The notes under the pieces are model-generated. The model ran no database searches and was not told where the DNA came from. It saw only the letters and a list, made by a program, of their open reading frames with translations. Of a stretch of DNA of 64,000 nt, positions 1 to 7,861 are shown in pieces; position 1 is the first letter of the stretch, and each line of letters opens with the position of its first letter. The DNA is from a virus (Duplodnaviria > Caudoviricetes), in IMG/VR virus record IMGVR_UViG_3300027749_000069, positions 1-64,000 of that record; one strand, 5' to 3'. Position numbers and translations under genes: made by a program.

Positions 1-405
1 GATGACAAACTAGATAAGTTTAATCAATACTTTTTAGACATTTTTAACTTAGGAACGGGTAATATGTTACAAAAAAATAATGTATTATCGTGGAACTTAT
101 TTTTTGATTCACCTGAATTAGTTTCAATTCCTGAATGGCAAAATCACGCTGACTATTGGCGTACTTCTATAGGTGCTCATCACGGTTCACCAGGTGGTGA
201 GGGAACAAGTCCAAGATATTTTGATGGAACATATTTTGACACTAAAAATTTCGCCATTAAAGAGGTTATTAAGGAAATTTTAAATCACGTCGTAAAAAAC
301 TCCACATTGAGGAAGGGTTTAATATTACTTGTAGAATATTGTCCTAAAACAATATTTGATATATTTTTAAAGAAGGGTGACCAATCTAAAACAAAAACAA
401 TATGA
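1..405 (+). CDS. hypothetical protein, 5'-truncated by the window edge
   Basis: Frame of ORF 64..405 is open back to position 1 (DDKLDKFNQYFLDIFNLGTGN-MLQK); ATGA overlap with the next gene. Confidence 0.6.
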   Translation, partial: DDKLDKFNQYFLDIFNLGTGNMLQKNNVLSWNLFFDSPELVSIPEWQNHADYWRTSIGAHHGSPGGEGTSPRYFDGTYFDTKNFAIKEVIKEILNHVVKNSTLRKGLILLVEYCPKTIFDIFLKKGDQSKTKTI

Positions 406-1145
406 CAAAAAACGAAATACTATATAATGTTGGTTTAACTGACAAAGTATACTCAGAACAAAAAGACATTGATTTTAAAGCACAAAGATTAAAATTAATT
501 AAATGGATTGACGATAAAAAAACAGACACACAAGGATTTGTTGCAACAAAAGATAATACAATTTATATTGTATGGAGAGGAAGTTCTTCTAAAAAAGATT
601 TCCAAAACGACGCATCGGTTGATAAAGTTCCTTTTGTTGAAAAAGGTGAAAAAGTCCATATTGGATTTAAAACTTGTTGGGATGCTGTTAAGGATGAAAC
701 ATATAAAGCATTAGATATTGCACTTAAAAACTTGGGTCAAGAACATTCAATTGATAATATTGTTGTTTGCGGTCATAGTTTGGGTGCGGCAGTTTCTACT
801 TTATGTGCTTATGAGATTTATTCAATTTATAAATCAAATAAAATTATATGTTGTACCATCGGTAGTCCAAGAGTAGGTAATAAAGTATTCAAACAGAACT
901 TTGATAAATCACCAATTGAGTCATTAAGAATCGTTCATAATTTAGATGTCGTTACCCGTGCTCCATCAATTGGTTATCATCATGTTAATACAGAATTACG
1001 TATTGATGATGAGGGTAAAATCAAAAAATGGATGATTGATTGGCAAAGAGTTGGTGAGTACATTAAAGCCGTGTTTACTGGTAAAACAGCTAAAGATCAC
1101 ATGACAAATAATTATATAAGTGCATTAAATAAATGGAACCCATAA
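402..1145 (+). CDS. class 3 lipase (alpha/beta hydrolase)
   Basis: IVWRGS oxyanion region, GHSLG nucleophile elbow, GSPRVGN, HNLDVV (Asp), C-terminal DH (His). Confidence 0.9.
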   Translation: MTKNEILYNVGLTDKVYSEQKDIDFKAQRLKLIKWIDDKKTDTQGFVATKDNTIYIVWRGSSSKKDFQNDASVDKVPFVEKGEKVHIGFKTCWDAVKDETYKALDIALKNLGQEHSIDNIVVCGHSLGAAVSTLCAYEIYSIYKSNKIICCTIGSPRVGNKVFKQNFDKSPIESLRIVHNLDVVTRAPSIGYHHVNTELRIDDEGKIKKWMIDWQRVGEYIKAVFTGKTAKDHMTNNYISALNKWNP

Positions 1146-1146
1146 T

Positions 1147-1875
1147 ATGAAGTATATAATATTAATTTTAGCCTTTTTTACTATGTGTCTTATGTTTGAT
1201 AAAGTAATGGGGCAAACAATAGGTAAAACAAAGACAGAGTCCTATCAAGCGGACTTTGAAAAGAAAAGAGACATAAGTGCTTACATGGACTACGATGGTC
1301 CTCAAATACCTATTCAAATCCTTAAATGTGGTATATCTGATGAAATGTACGAGATGTACCCTGAATTGAAAGAAAAACGTGTTGGTTTGGGTGTTGCAAA
1401 CATATCTATGGAATACCTTGAAAACCTAAACAGATTCAAATTTACCGAAAGTCAAACCGAGATAAAGAATCGCATGATAAAACAATTTCAGGCATCTCAA
1501 GCTGGCATTTCAGAGAATAAATTAGACGGACGTGGTAAAATCAATTTAGCAAAGTATTTTGTGACTATAGAGTGTTATGACTACTCGGTGTCAGAAGATG
1601 AAACCATCAATTTGAAAGACGGTATTAAAGACAATATGGTGACTCGTATAGGTCTTCAGGTTAGATTTACAGATGCTGAAACAGGTGTCTTGTTTGGTGG
1701 GTCAGGTTTAGGTGAGGCAACTACAAAAAGAGAATTAACTCTTTTATCTGACGCAACAATTGACCCTATTAAGTTCAATCAATCAACAATTAGTATTGCG
1801 ACAAAGAAAGCTTTAGATATTGCATGTGCTAATATCCTTGATAGAATGATTAAAAAAGGTATATTCACAAAATAA
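1147..1875 (+). CDS. CsgG/HfaB-like exported protein
   Basis: Signal peptide ending G-Q; LENLNRFKFTE, YDYSVSE and IGLQVRFTDAETG...GSGLGEA pattern resembles the CsgG family. Confidence 0.6.
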   Translation: MKYIILILAFFTMCLMFDKVMGQTIGKTKTESYQADFEKKRDISAYMDYDGPQIPIQILKCGISDEMYEMYPELKEKRVGLGVANISMEYLENLNRFKFTESQTEIKNRMIKQFQASQAGISENKLDGRGKINLAKYFVTIECYDYSVSEDETINLKDGIKDNMVTRIGLQVRFTDAETGVLFGGSGLGEATTKRELTLLSDATIDPIKFNQSTISIATKKALDIACANILDRMIKKGIFTK

Positions 1876-2108
1876 TGAAATACGAAATAGTGGACGTTCC
1901 ACAAAATAATCCTTGTGAAAATTGTGTACCATGTATGAGATTAAGATTAATGGATATGGGGTTTATACATGGACAAGAAATTGAGATAAGTGATAAAAAA
2001 TTTGGTCTTTATTTGGTAAATATTTTATCCGAGGGAGGACAAATAGATTCAACCATAGGTTTAAGACAAGAAGAATTAGATAGAATATGTTTAAAAGGGG
2101 TTTTATAA
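1875..2108 (+). CDS. FeoA-family SH3-like protein
   Basis: RLRLMDMGFIHGQEIEI...IGLRQEE matches the FeoA pattern; extra CxxCxxC at the N-terminus. Confidence 0.75.
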   Translation: MKYEIVDVPQNNPCENCVPCMRLRLMDMGFIHGQEIEISDKKFGLYLVNILSEGGQIDSTIGLRQEELDRICLKGVL

Positions 2109-2118
2109 CCCCTTTTTT
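2093..2118 (+). terminator. intrinsic terminator
   Basis: AAAAGGGGTT-ttat-AACCCCTTTT hairpin ending in a T run. Confidence 0.7.
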
Positions 2119-2132
2119 GATATTTATACTAT

Positions 2133-2312
2133 ATGAAAAAGTTCAAGAGAGTCCACGACGAAAGTAAAATATTTGGGGTTTGTAGTGGTGTAGGTAACTA
2201 TACAAAAACCGACCCTTTAATATGGAGATTGCTATTTTTCTTTTCCATATTCACACCATTTCCAATAATAACTTGTTATTTATTAACAACAATTTTAACC
2301 AAAATAGTATGA
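2133..2312 (+). CDS. pspC: PspC-domain membrane protein (59 aa, absent from the ORF track)
   Basis: MKKFKRVHDESKIFGVCSGVGNYTKTDPLIWRLLFFFSIFTPFPIITCYLLTTILTKIV; GVCxG..Y...DP..R motif plus TM segment; TATTTATA at 2121; ATGA overlap with the next gene. Confidence 0.85.
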   Translation: MKKFKRVHDESKIFGVCSGVGNYTKTDPLIWRLLFFFSIFTPFPIITCYLLTTILTKIV

Positions 2313-3136
2313 AAAAAATTTTATTACTAACATTACTAATCCCAACTCTAATGTTTGGTCAAGTATCAAGTTGGAGACAGACTGGTGGAAGTGTTTCACC
2401 ACAAACAACACAATCAGCACCAAGAGTTCAACCATCTGTACCACAACAACAAAATAATGTGAGTAGCTGGAGAACACAAACTGCACCAATAAGACCAGGC
2501 GATAATTTTCAGGGACAACCTTTAACAAGAAGATATAGATATACGGATATGAATCCTTATGGATTACAATATGGGATATATGGATATTACCAACCTTATC
2601 CTTATATATGGTATGATGATTATGGATGGAGACAAAGAAGTGTAGTTAGAATATATGAAAACGGAAGAAGAGATACTGTTGCATCAACACCTGTATTATT
2701 TTCGGCAGGTATTGGACATACGAATAACAAACAAACCTCATTTTGGGGATTGATTGGTAGTAATAAAGGATATTTTATTATGGACTATGTAATGACTTAC
2801 GCAATAGATCAAAACCAATACTTTCCATATGGTCAAATTAACAATGTTGACTTTCCACTTAGTAAAAACGATTGGAAAAAAGAATCAACTTTCTATGTTG
2901 GTGGTGGTAAAAGAATTGGTAAAATAGGAATACACGGTATGATAGGATTCGGTAATGAAGTTATTAGATGGCAAGGTAAAGATGCTATTGGTGGTATATC
3001 GTTTCCAAAATCAAATTCATCATTTACAACATTTAAAGTTGGTATTATAAAAGATTTTAAATTTGTTACATTAAAAGTAGATGCCGACCCAATAAGAGGA
3101 TACACACAAATATCAATAGGTTTGAATAACAAATAA
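2309..3136 (+). CDS. exported protein, probable outer-membrane beta-barrel
   Basis: Start reassigned to MKKILLLTLL (signal peptide ending FG-Q); Q/P/Y-rich N-terminal part; amphipathic strands in the C-terminal half. Confidence 0.6.
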   Translation: MKKILLLTLLIPTLMFGQVSSWRQTGGSVSPQTTQSAPRVQPSVPQQQNNVSSWRTQTAPIRPGDNFQGQPLTRRYRYTDMNPYGLQYGIYGYYQPYPYIWYDDYGWRQRSVVRIYENGRRDTVASTPVLFSAGIGHTNNKQTSFWGLIGSNKGYFIMDYVMTYAIDQNQYFPYGQINNVDFPLSKNDWKKESTFYVGGGKRIGKIGIHGMIGFGNEVIRWQGKDAIGGISFPKSNSSFTTFKVGIIKDFKFVTLKVDADPIRGYTQISIGLNNK

Positions 3137-4713
3137 TGAAAAAATATATTATCTCTCTCCTAATATTATTTTTTTGTAGTAAGTCATTCGGACAAACTAT
3201 AACTCAAACATATATTGATCCATGTGATAATAAAGTATATGTTGTTGTAATTCCATTTGGACAAAATCAAACAGTTGCAGTTATTAGAGGTAAATCTAAA
3301 ATAGTTACGTTAGCTGACATGAGTAGTGGTGCGTTCCAAGTTTGGGTTAATAGTATATTCGCAACACCTTGTCCACAAAACGATGCAATAAGATTAGCAC
3401 AGGAAGCGGCGGCAAGAGCTGCCGCAGATGCTGCAGCAAGAGCCGCAGCAGACGCAGCTGCAAAGGCAGCAGCAGATGCCGCTGCGAAAGCAGCATCAGA
3501 CGCGGCGGCAAAAGCCGCATCAGATGCCGCAGCGAAAGCAGCCGCAAGTGCTGCAAGTGGAGCGGCAAGCGGTGCGGCATCATCTGCAGCGAGTGGAGCA
3601 GCATCATCCGCAGCAAGTGGAGCGGCAGCATCCGCGGCGGCGTCAACTCCACCACCAATAAACATTGCACCCCCTCCACCACCACCCGTAGTTGCTGCTC
3701 CCCCACCAACAGCGGCACCACCACCTGCAAGTAGTTCGTCATCCCCACCTCCGGCAAGTGGCGGTTCATCTTCTTCATCAAGTAGTTCATCATCAACAGA
3801 AGCAAAACCTGCTGAGGCAAAACCCGCAGAAACTAAACCTGCTGAAACTAAATCGGATAAACCCGCAGAACAAAAAACCGAAGAAAAGAAAACTGAAGCT
3901 AAAACCGAAGAAAAGAAAGAGGAAACTAAAACCGAAGAAAAGAAATCAGAAGAAAAAAAGACCGAGGAGAAAAAAGAAGAAGCTAAAAAAGAGGAAGAGA
4001 AAAAGAAAGAGGAAGAAAAGAAAAAAGAAGAAGAAAAAAAGAAAAAACAAGAGGTAACAAATCCAACATTGTTAGCGTCAGATATAACTGTTGCTGAAGC
4101 TAGTGTGGGTAAATATTTAGCATCCATATCATTAGGACTAAGTAAATCATCTATGGCTGGTGATGAAAGTTATAGTGGTGGATTGATGATTAATAGTGAT
4201 TTGAGTTCTATTGTTATGACGGGTGGATATACCAAAATGGGAATGACATCTGACGGACAATTAGACGCCATACATTCATATGGAACTGCATTTGCATATT
4301 TGGCAGGTAACTATATGAACTTAATGGGTTATACTTGGATTAAACCAACACCTAAAAAGGGAACATTTGGTTATAACGTTGGTGTCATTAATTTATTTCT
4401 TAAAAACGATAATGGTGGGTTTGATTATAATATGGCAAGTTCTGCAATTGCATTTTGGACCAAACCTTACATCTATTCAAAAAAACTTACAATATCACCT
4501 CAAGTGTTCACGATGTTCTCACCTATCTCTTGGAATAGTGTCACAGGAGCATCGACAGTTAATAGACATATGGGTTTCTTATTAGGAACTGCATTTGATT
4601 ATAAACTTAGTAAACGATTTGGGTTTGCATTTAACTACAAAATAAGTGGTAACACTAAACCAGGTTCCGTATTTTTAAGTAACTTTCAAATAGGTAGTAG
4701 AATGGTATTATAA
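3136..4713 (+). CDS. exported protein with long Ala/Pro/Ser/Glu-Lys linker and probable C-terminal beta-barrel
   Basis: Signal peptide ending FG-Q; about 220 aa low-complexity linker; amphipathic strand pattern ending NFQIGSRMVL. Confidence 0.65.
   Translation: MKKYIISLLILFFCSKSFGQTITQTYIDPCDNKVYVVVIPFGQNQTVAVIRGKSKIVTLADMSSGAFQVWVNSIFATPCPQNDAIRLAQEAAARAAADAAARAAADAAAKAAADAAAKAASDAAAKAASDAAAKAAASAASGAASGAASSAASGAASSAASGAAASAAASTPPPINIAPPPPPPVVAAPPPTAAPPPASSSSSPPPASGGSSSSSSSSSSTEAKPAEAKPAETKPAETKSDKPAEQKTEEKKTEAKTEEKKEETKTEEKKSEEKKTEEKKEEAKKEEEKKKEEEKKKEEEKKKKQEVTNPTLLASDITVAEASVGKYLASISLGLSKSSMAGDESYSGGLMINSDLSSIVMTGGYTKMGMTSDGQLDAIHSYGTAFAYLAGNYMNLMGYTWIKPTPKKGTFGYNVGVINLFLKNDNGGFDYNMASSAIAFWTKPYIYSKKLTISPQVFTMFSPISWNSVTGASTVNRHMGFLLGTAFDYKLSKRFGFAFNYKISGNTKPGSVFLSNFQIGSRMVL
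3400..4050 (+). repeat. coding low-complexity repeats (AAxKAAxD, SGAA, poly-P, poly-S, KPAE, EEKK)
   Basis: Degenerate tandem codon repeats visible in DNA and protein. Confidence 0.85.
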
Positions 4714-4743
4714 AAAAATCCCCGAAGTGAAAACTCCGAGGAT
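4712..4743 (-). terminator. intrinsic terminator for the minus-strand genes
   Basis: Minus strand AUCCUCGGAGU-uuuc-ACUUCGGGGAU followed by U7. Confidence 0.7.
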
Positions 4744-4800
4744 ATGACAAAAAATAAATGTACCTCTCTCCTGATACTTTACTAATATATTAATTAGATT

Positions 4801-5127
4801 TTAAGAAGTCAATTCTTTATATAAATTATTTATCTCAATACAAGTTTCATAATCCTCAATTTCTTCAAAATGTGGTATTAAATCCCTTTTCAAAATTATA
4901 GATTCTTGTTTATGAAATTTAAACTCAGTATCCCATTCTTCGTTTTTTATTTTTGCTGAAATATAAAAAGTAAGATTCTCTTTACTCGTAGTTTTAAACT
5001 CTTTAAAAATGTTTAAAATTGATTTGTAAATTATTGTTTTATTTTCACTATAAAATTCATCGTAATTTTTATACTTGTCCTTGATTATCAATGACTTAAA
5101 TGGTTCTTCATTTTTATTTTTTTGCAT
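4801..5127 (-). CDS. hypothetical protein
   Basis: 108-aa ORF with a Bacteroidota-type promoter upstream. Confidence 0.7.
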   Translation of the reverse strand: MQKNKNEEPFKSLIIKDKYKNYDEFYSENKTIIYKSILNIFKEFKTTSKENLTFYISAKIKNEEWDTEFKFHKQESIILKRDLIPHFEEIEDYETCIEINNLYKELTS

Positions 5128-5167
5128 TAAATGGTGTTTAGTAAGTTAGTTAATTTAGTTCGTATAT

Positions 5168-5198
5168 CAAAATTACAACATTTTAATAAAACAACAAA
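5168..5198 (-). promoter_or_regulatory. Bacteroidota primary-sigma promoter
   Basis: Minus strand TTTG (5198-5195), 19 nt, TAATTTTG (5175-5168). Confidence 0.55.
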
Positions 5199-5202
5199 AA
5201 AT

Positions 5203-5691
5203 TTATTCGTTATCCATAGATTTATCCCATTTTGCTTTTCTAACCTCTGGAGATAACATTAATGGTTCATCTATTGTATGTTCAATTTTAACACTTATAC
5301 AGGTTTGAGGTAACCTACAATTTTTTAAATAATTGTTAATATATCCCATCATATTGGCACTTCCAATAGGGTTTGCCGAATGGATATAAATTTGAGGTAA
5401 GGGTATTTTTTCATTCATACTTTCAGCAACCAAATATCTACAACAATCCATACCAGTTTTTTCTTCTATGTTGTTATAATCCAACATATAATTATTTTTT
5501 ACATTTGTATAATATTCTATCATGGCACCTTCACCTAAATCATGATCTAAAGATATAACTTCAAAATTACCTAATCCGTGTAATTTAATTGACGCCACAA
5601 ATTCATCATAATTACGGGCAATTATCCAATCTTTAGCTAATGGTGTTCTTACATCATCAAGATATAATCTCAATTTATTATTAATTTTCAT
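5203..5691 (-). CDS. cyclic-phosphate-processing receiver-like domain protein
   Basis: LYLDDVRTP, ISLDHDLG and IHSANPIG motifs; overlaps the 3' end of the RNA ligase gene. Confidence 0.75.
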   Translation of the reverse strand: MKINNKLRLYLDDVRTPLAKDWIIARNYDEFVASIKLHGLGNFEVISLDHDLGEGAMIEYYTNVKNNYMLDYNNIEEKTGMDCCRYLVAESMNEKIPLPQIYIHSANPIGSANMMGYINNYLKNCRLPQTCISVKIEHTIDEPLMLSPEVRKAKWDKSMDNE

Positions 5692-6754
5692 CTTTCTTAA
5701 ATGGTTTTTCGTATTTAGGTTTCATTATTCTCCAAATAATATGTTCATATGGTTTTCCGTCCCACATTGCAAATAATATTGGTCTGTAAAACTTTTCAAC
5801 ATCACATTTTTCTAAATGTAATGCAAAATCTTTTTTTGTTGGCATTGGGTCCACATCTCCATATTTTCCATATCTAAAATAATCATGTATCTTGCCACAA
5901 TGTTCTCCAATTCTGTATTTAGCATATTCAAAAGAACTCACTTGTTGTTTAACCCACTTGTAAAATTCATCAGGTACCCTATCTAAAAATTCATCCATAG
6001 GTTTTCCATCCCTCAATAATTCCCAAATATCTTTGGATGAAAAATTGGTCAATATTTTATGTAATCTTTTATATTCTTCTCCTTTGATTTTCATGCGAAA
6101 ACCATTTTTAAATTTAATTACATATCCTTCTCTATCTTTAGATATTTCTTCTTTAAGTAAGTCATATCCCTCTCCCCATGTTTTGTATGTCATTACTAAT
6201 TCCCAACCACTTTCTTCCATAAAGAATAAAGAACTATCAGGAACTTCATTTCCAGTTTCAGTATGAATGGCACCAATCAAAACTAACTTTTCATCATCAC
6301 CATAATTTACTACTATCCGGTTTTCTTTAAAAATTATTTCAAACAAATATGTGTTGTCTTTTCTTAATGAACTAACATCGTATTTCTTATCTAATATTTC
6401 TTTACCTTTAATTGCCTGTGGTGATGTGAATGATCCACGAGTTGCCAATATCCATTCTCCTTCATAATTAAAAAGAATACCTAATGAACCGTCCATCTTT
6501 TCATAAACAACGTAATTTTCATTTGGTATATCTTCTGGTTTATGTTCTTCGTAATTAAAAAATTTCTTAAATGGTCTTGCCACAATGTCACCTTTAGAAT
6601 TAGTTACTAACCCGCGGCACTGAATAGTTATTTCGTCCCACAATCTTTCATATTGAACACGTGGAGAATAATTCCATATAGTCAAATCTTTCGTAGGATG
6701 TGTTTGTTTATGTAACAGACCATCAGTATAATATTTCTCTAAAATTTCTAACAT
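5681..6754 (-). CDS. T4 Rnl1-like RNA ligase
   Basis: CRGLV, RPFKKFFN, motif I EKMDGS, ATRGSF, FEII, EGYV, KIK; start reassigned from 6802 to 6754 (TAATG coupling). Confidence 0.9.
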   Translation of the reverse strand: MLEILEKYYTDGLLHKQTHPTKDLTIWNYSPRVQYERLWDEITIQCRGLVTNSKGDIVARPFKKFFNYEEHKPEDIPNENYVVYEKMDGSLGILFNYEGEWILATRGSFTSPQAIKGKEILDKKYDVSSLRKDNTYLFEIIFKENRIVVNYGDDEKLVLIGAIHTETGNEVPDSSLFFMEESGWELVMTYKTWGEGYDLLKEEISKDREGYVIKFKNGFRMKIKGEEYKRLHKILTNFSSKDIWELLRDGKPMDEFLDRVPDEFYKWVKQQVSSFEYAKYRIGEHCGKIHDYFRYGKYGDVDPMPTKKDFALHLEKCDVEKFYRPILFAMWDGKPYEHIIWRIMKPKYEKPFKKDEN

Positions 6755-6945
6755 TATTTTAACGTTTTGTGAAATCCAACATTGTAAGTCCATTTCAACC
6801 AATTAAAAGACAAGTATAATCCACATATTTTATTATCTAATAATTTTCTATGTGATTCAGGATGACACGTATCAAAATAGATATATACAAAAGGTAATGG
6901 GAATACCGACCACTGGTTTTTTAATAAATGAGAATAGAAATTCAT
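6754..6945 (-). CDS. small hypothetical protein
   Basis: 63-aa aromatic-rich ORF, stop overlapping the ligase start. Confidence 0.5.
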   Translation of the reverse strand: MNFYSHLLKNQWSVFPLPFVYIYFDTCHPESHRKLLDNKICGLYLSFNWLKWTYNVGFHKTLK

Positions 6946-6994
6946 ATTTTTTTTGGTTTTAAAGAATTAGTAAACGATTCAATAAATTGACTCA

Positions 6995-7423
6995 TTAAAG
7001 TTTTATTTGAAATCTATTCTTCATTTGTTGGAGTTTATCTTCGGGAACCCCGTGGACATTTTCATTACCATGTCTATTTTCAACAACTACACTATGAACT
7101 CTATAATTGTATCTTTCGGCCATTTTAAAATATTCGTCCATTTCCCATTCTTGAGTAAAAGTATTTGCAACAACTATCTTTGCCTTTTGTTGTCTCATTC
7201 TTTCAGAGCATCTAAATTGACAATAGTTGTGAGCTTCTTTTAATTTAGTAGAATCAAAATTGTATTCACCTTCATTATCTTCAAAAAAATCATCGGCTGA
7301 TAAAACTTCAGGTTCGTCCGTACTTCTAAGTTGTAATATAATTTTTGCTAATGTTGTTTTACCTGAACCAGGTAAACCTCGTAATAATATTAATTCGCCT
7401 TGTACTTCGTTTACATTATCCAT
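6995..7423 (-). CDS. P-loop polynucleotide kinase-like protein (AAA_33 / N4BP2-like)
   Basis: LILLRGLPGSGKTT, SADDFF, AHNYCQ, VANTFT, NVHGVP. Confidence 0.85.
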   Translation of the reverse strand: MDNVNEVQGELILLRGLPGSGKTTLAKIILQLRSTDEPEVLSADDFFEDNEGEYNFDSTKLKEAHNYCQFRCSERMRQQKAKIVVANTFTQEWEMDEYFKMAERYNYRVHSVVVENRHGNENVHGVPEDKLQQMKNRFQIKL

Positions 7424-7440
7424 AGGGAAGATTTAGGATT

Positions 7441-7471
7441 AAAAAATTGGGGTCAGTGTGAAACCAACCCC
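7441..7471 (-). terminator. intrinsic terminator after the lipoprotein gene
   Basis: Minus strand GGGGUUGGU-uucac-ACUGACCCC then AAUUUUUU. Confidence 0.55.
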
Positions 7472-7477
7472 GATTTC

Positions 7478-7672
7478 TTATTTTTTAGGTACATCTAGTT
7501 TCACTTCACCACCCGTTGTAGGTGTTGTAGTAGTACTATCAGCAACTACTGCAGTTGTATCTGCAACAGGTGCTACTGTAGAGTCCGTTGTTTTTTTTGC
7601 GGCCGACCCAGAACCACATGCTGTTAGTGTAAGTGCTACACCAAGAGCTAAGATAAATGTTAATTTTTTCAT
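7478..7672 (-). CDS. small lipoprotein
   Basis: MKK, hydrophobic stretch, LTA-C lipobox; Thr/Asp/Ala-rich tail with DST/DTT motifs. Confidence 0.8.
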   Translation of the reverse strand: MKKLTFILALGVALTLTACGSGSAAKKTTDSTVAPVADTTAVVADSTTTTPTTGGEVKLDVPKK

Positions 7673-7716
7673 ATATAGTAAATATACGAAAGTTTAACGA
7701 TAAAACCAAATCCAAC

Positions 7717-7815
7717 AAAAAAACCCCAACGAGATGTCGGGGTTTAAGGTCTTTCGGTGGGTTCAACCCCACTTAATTTAAGAAACGAAAAGGTAATCGA
7801 CAAAGAGAACCTATA
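7717..7815 (-). ncRNA. putative structured small RNA
   Basis: TATTTATA at 7827-7820 (minus); GUGGG/CCCAC hairpin; 5' AGGU pairing with ACCU; terminator AAACCCCGAC...GUUGGGGUUU plus U tract. Confidence 0.45.
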
Positions 7816-7861
7816 GTTATATAAATATATATAACTTTACTAAAAAATCAACTATTTATGA

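Noticed and set aside
2222-2308. Longer N-terminus for the 2222..3136 ORF
   Set aside because: This stretch belongs to the PspC gene in another frame; the signal peptide starts at 2309
3267-4127. 286-aa antisense ORF and several alternate-frame ORFs
   Set aside because: Shadows of the GC-richer low-complexity repeats in 3136..4713; no independent motifs
7757-7772. T-arm-like GTGGGTTCAACCCCAC on the plus strand suggesting a tRNA
   Set aside because: The loop is 6 nt, and no D-arm, anticodon arm or acceptor stem can be built; promoter and U tract point to the minus strand
7539-7772. 77-aa minus-strand ORF across the candidate small RNA
   Set aside because: Non-ATG start, crosses a terminator and overlaps the better-supported lipoprotein gene in another frame
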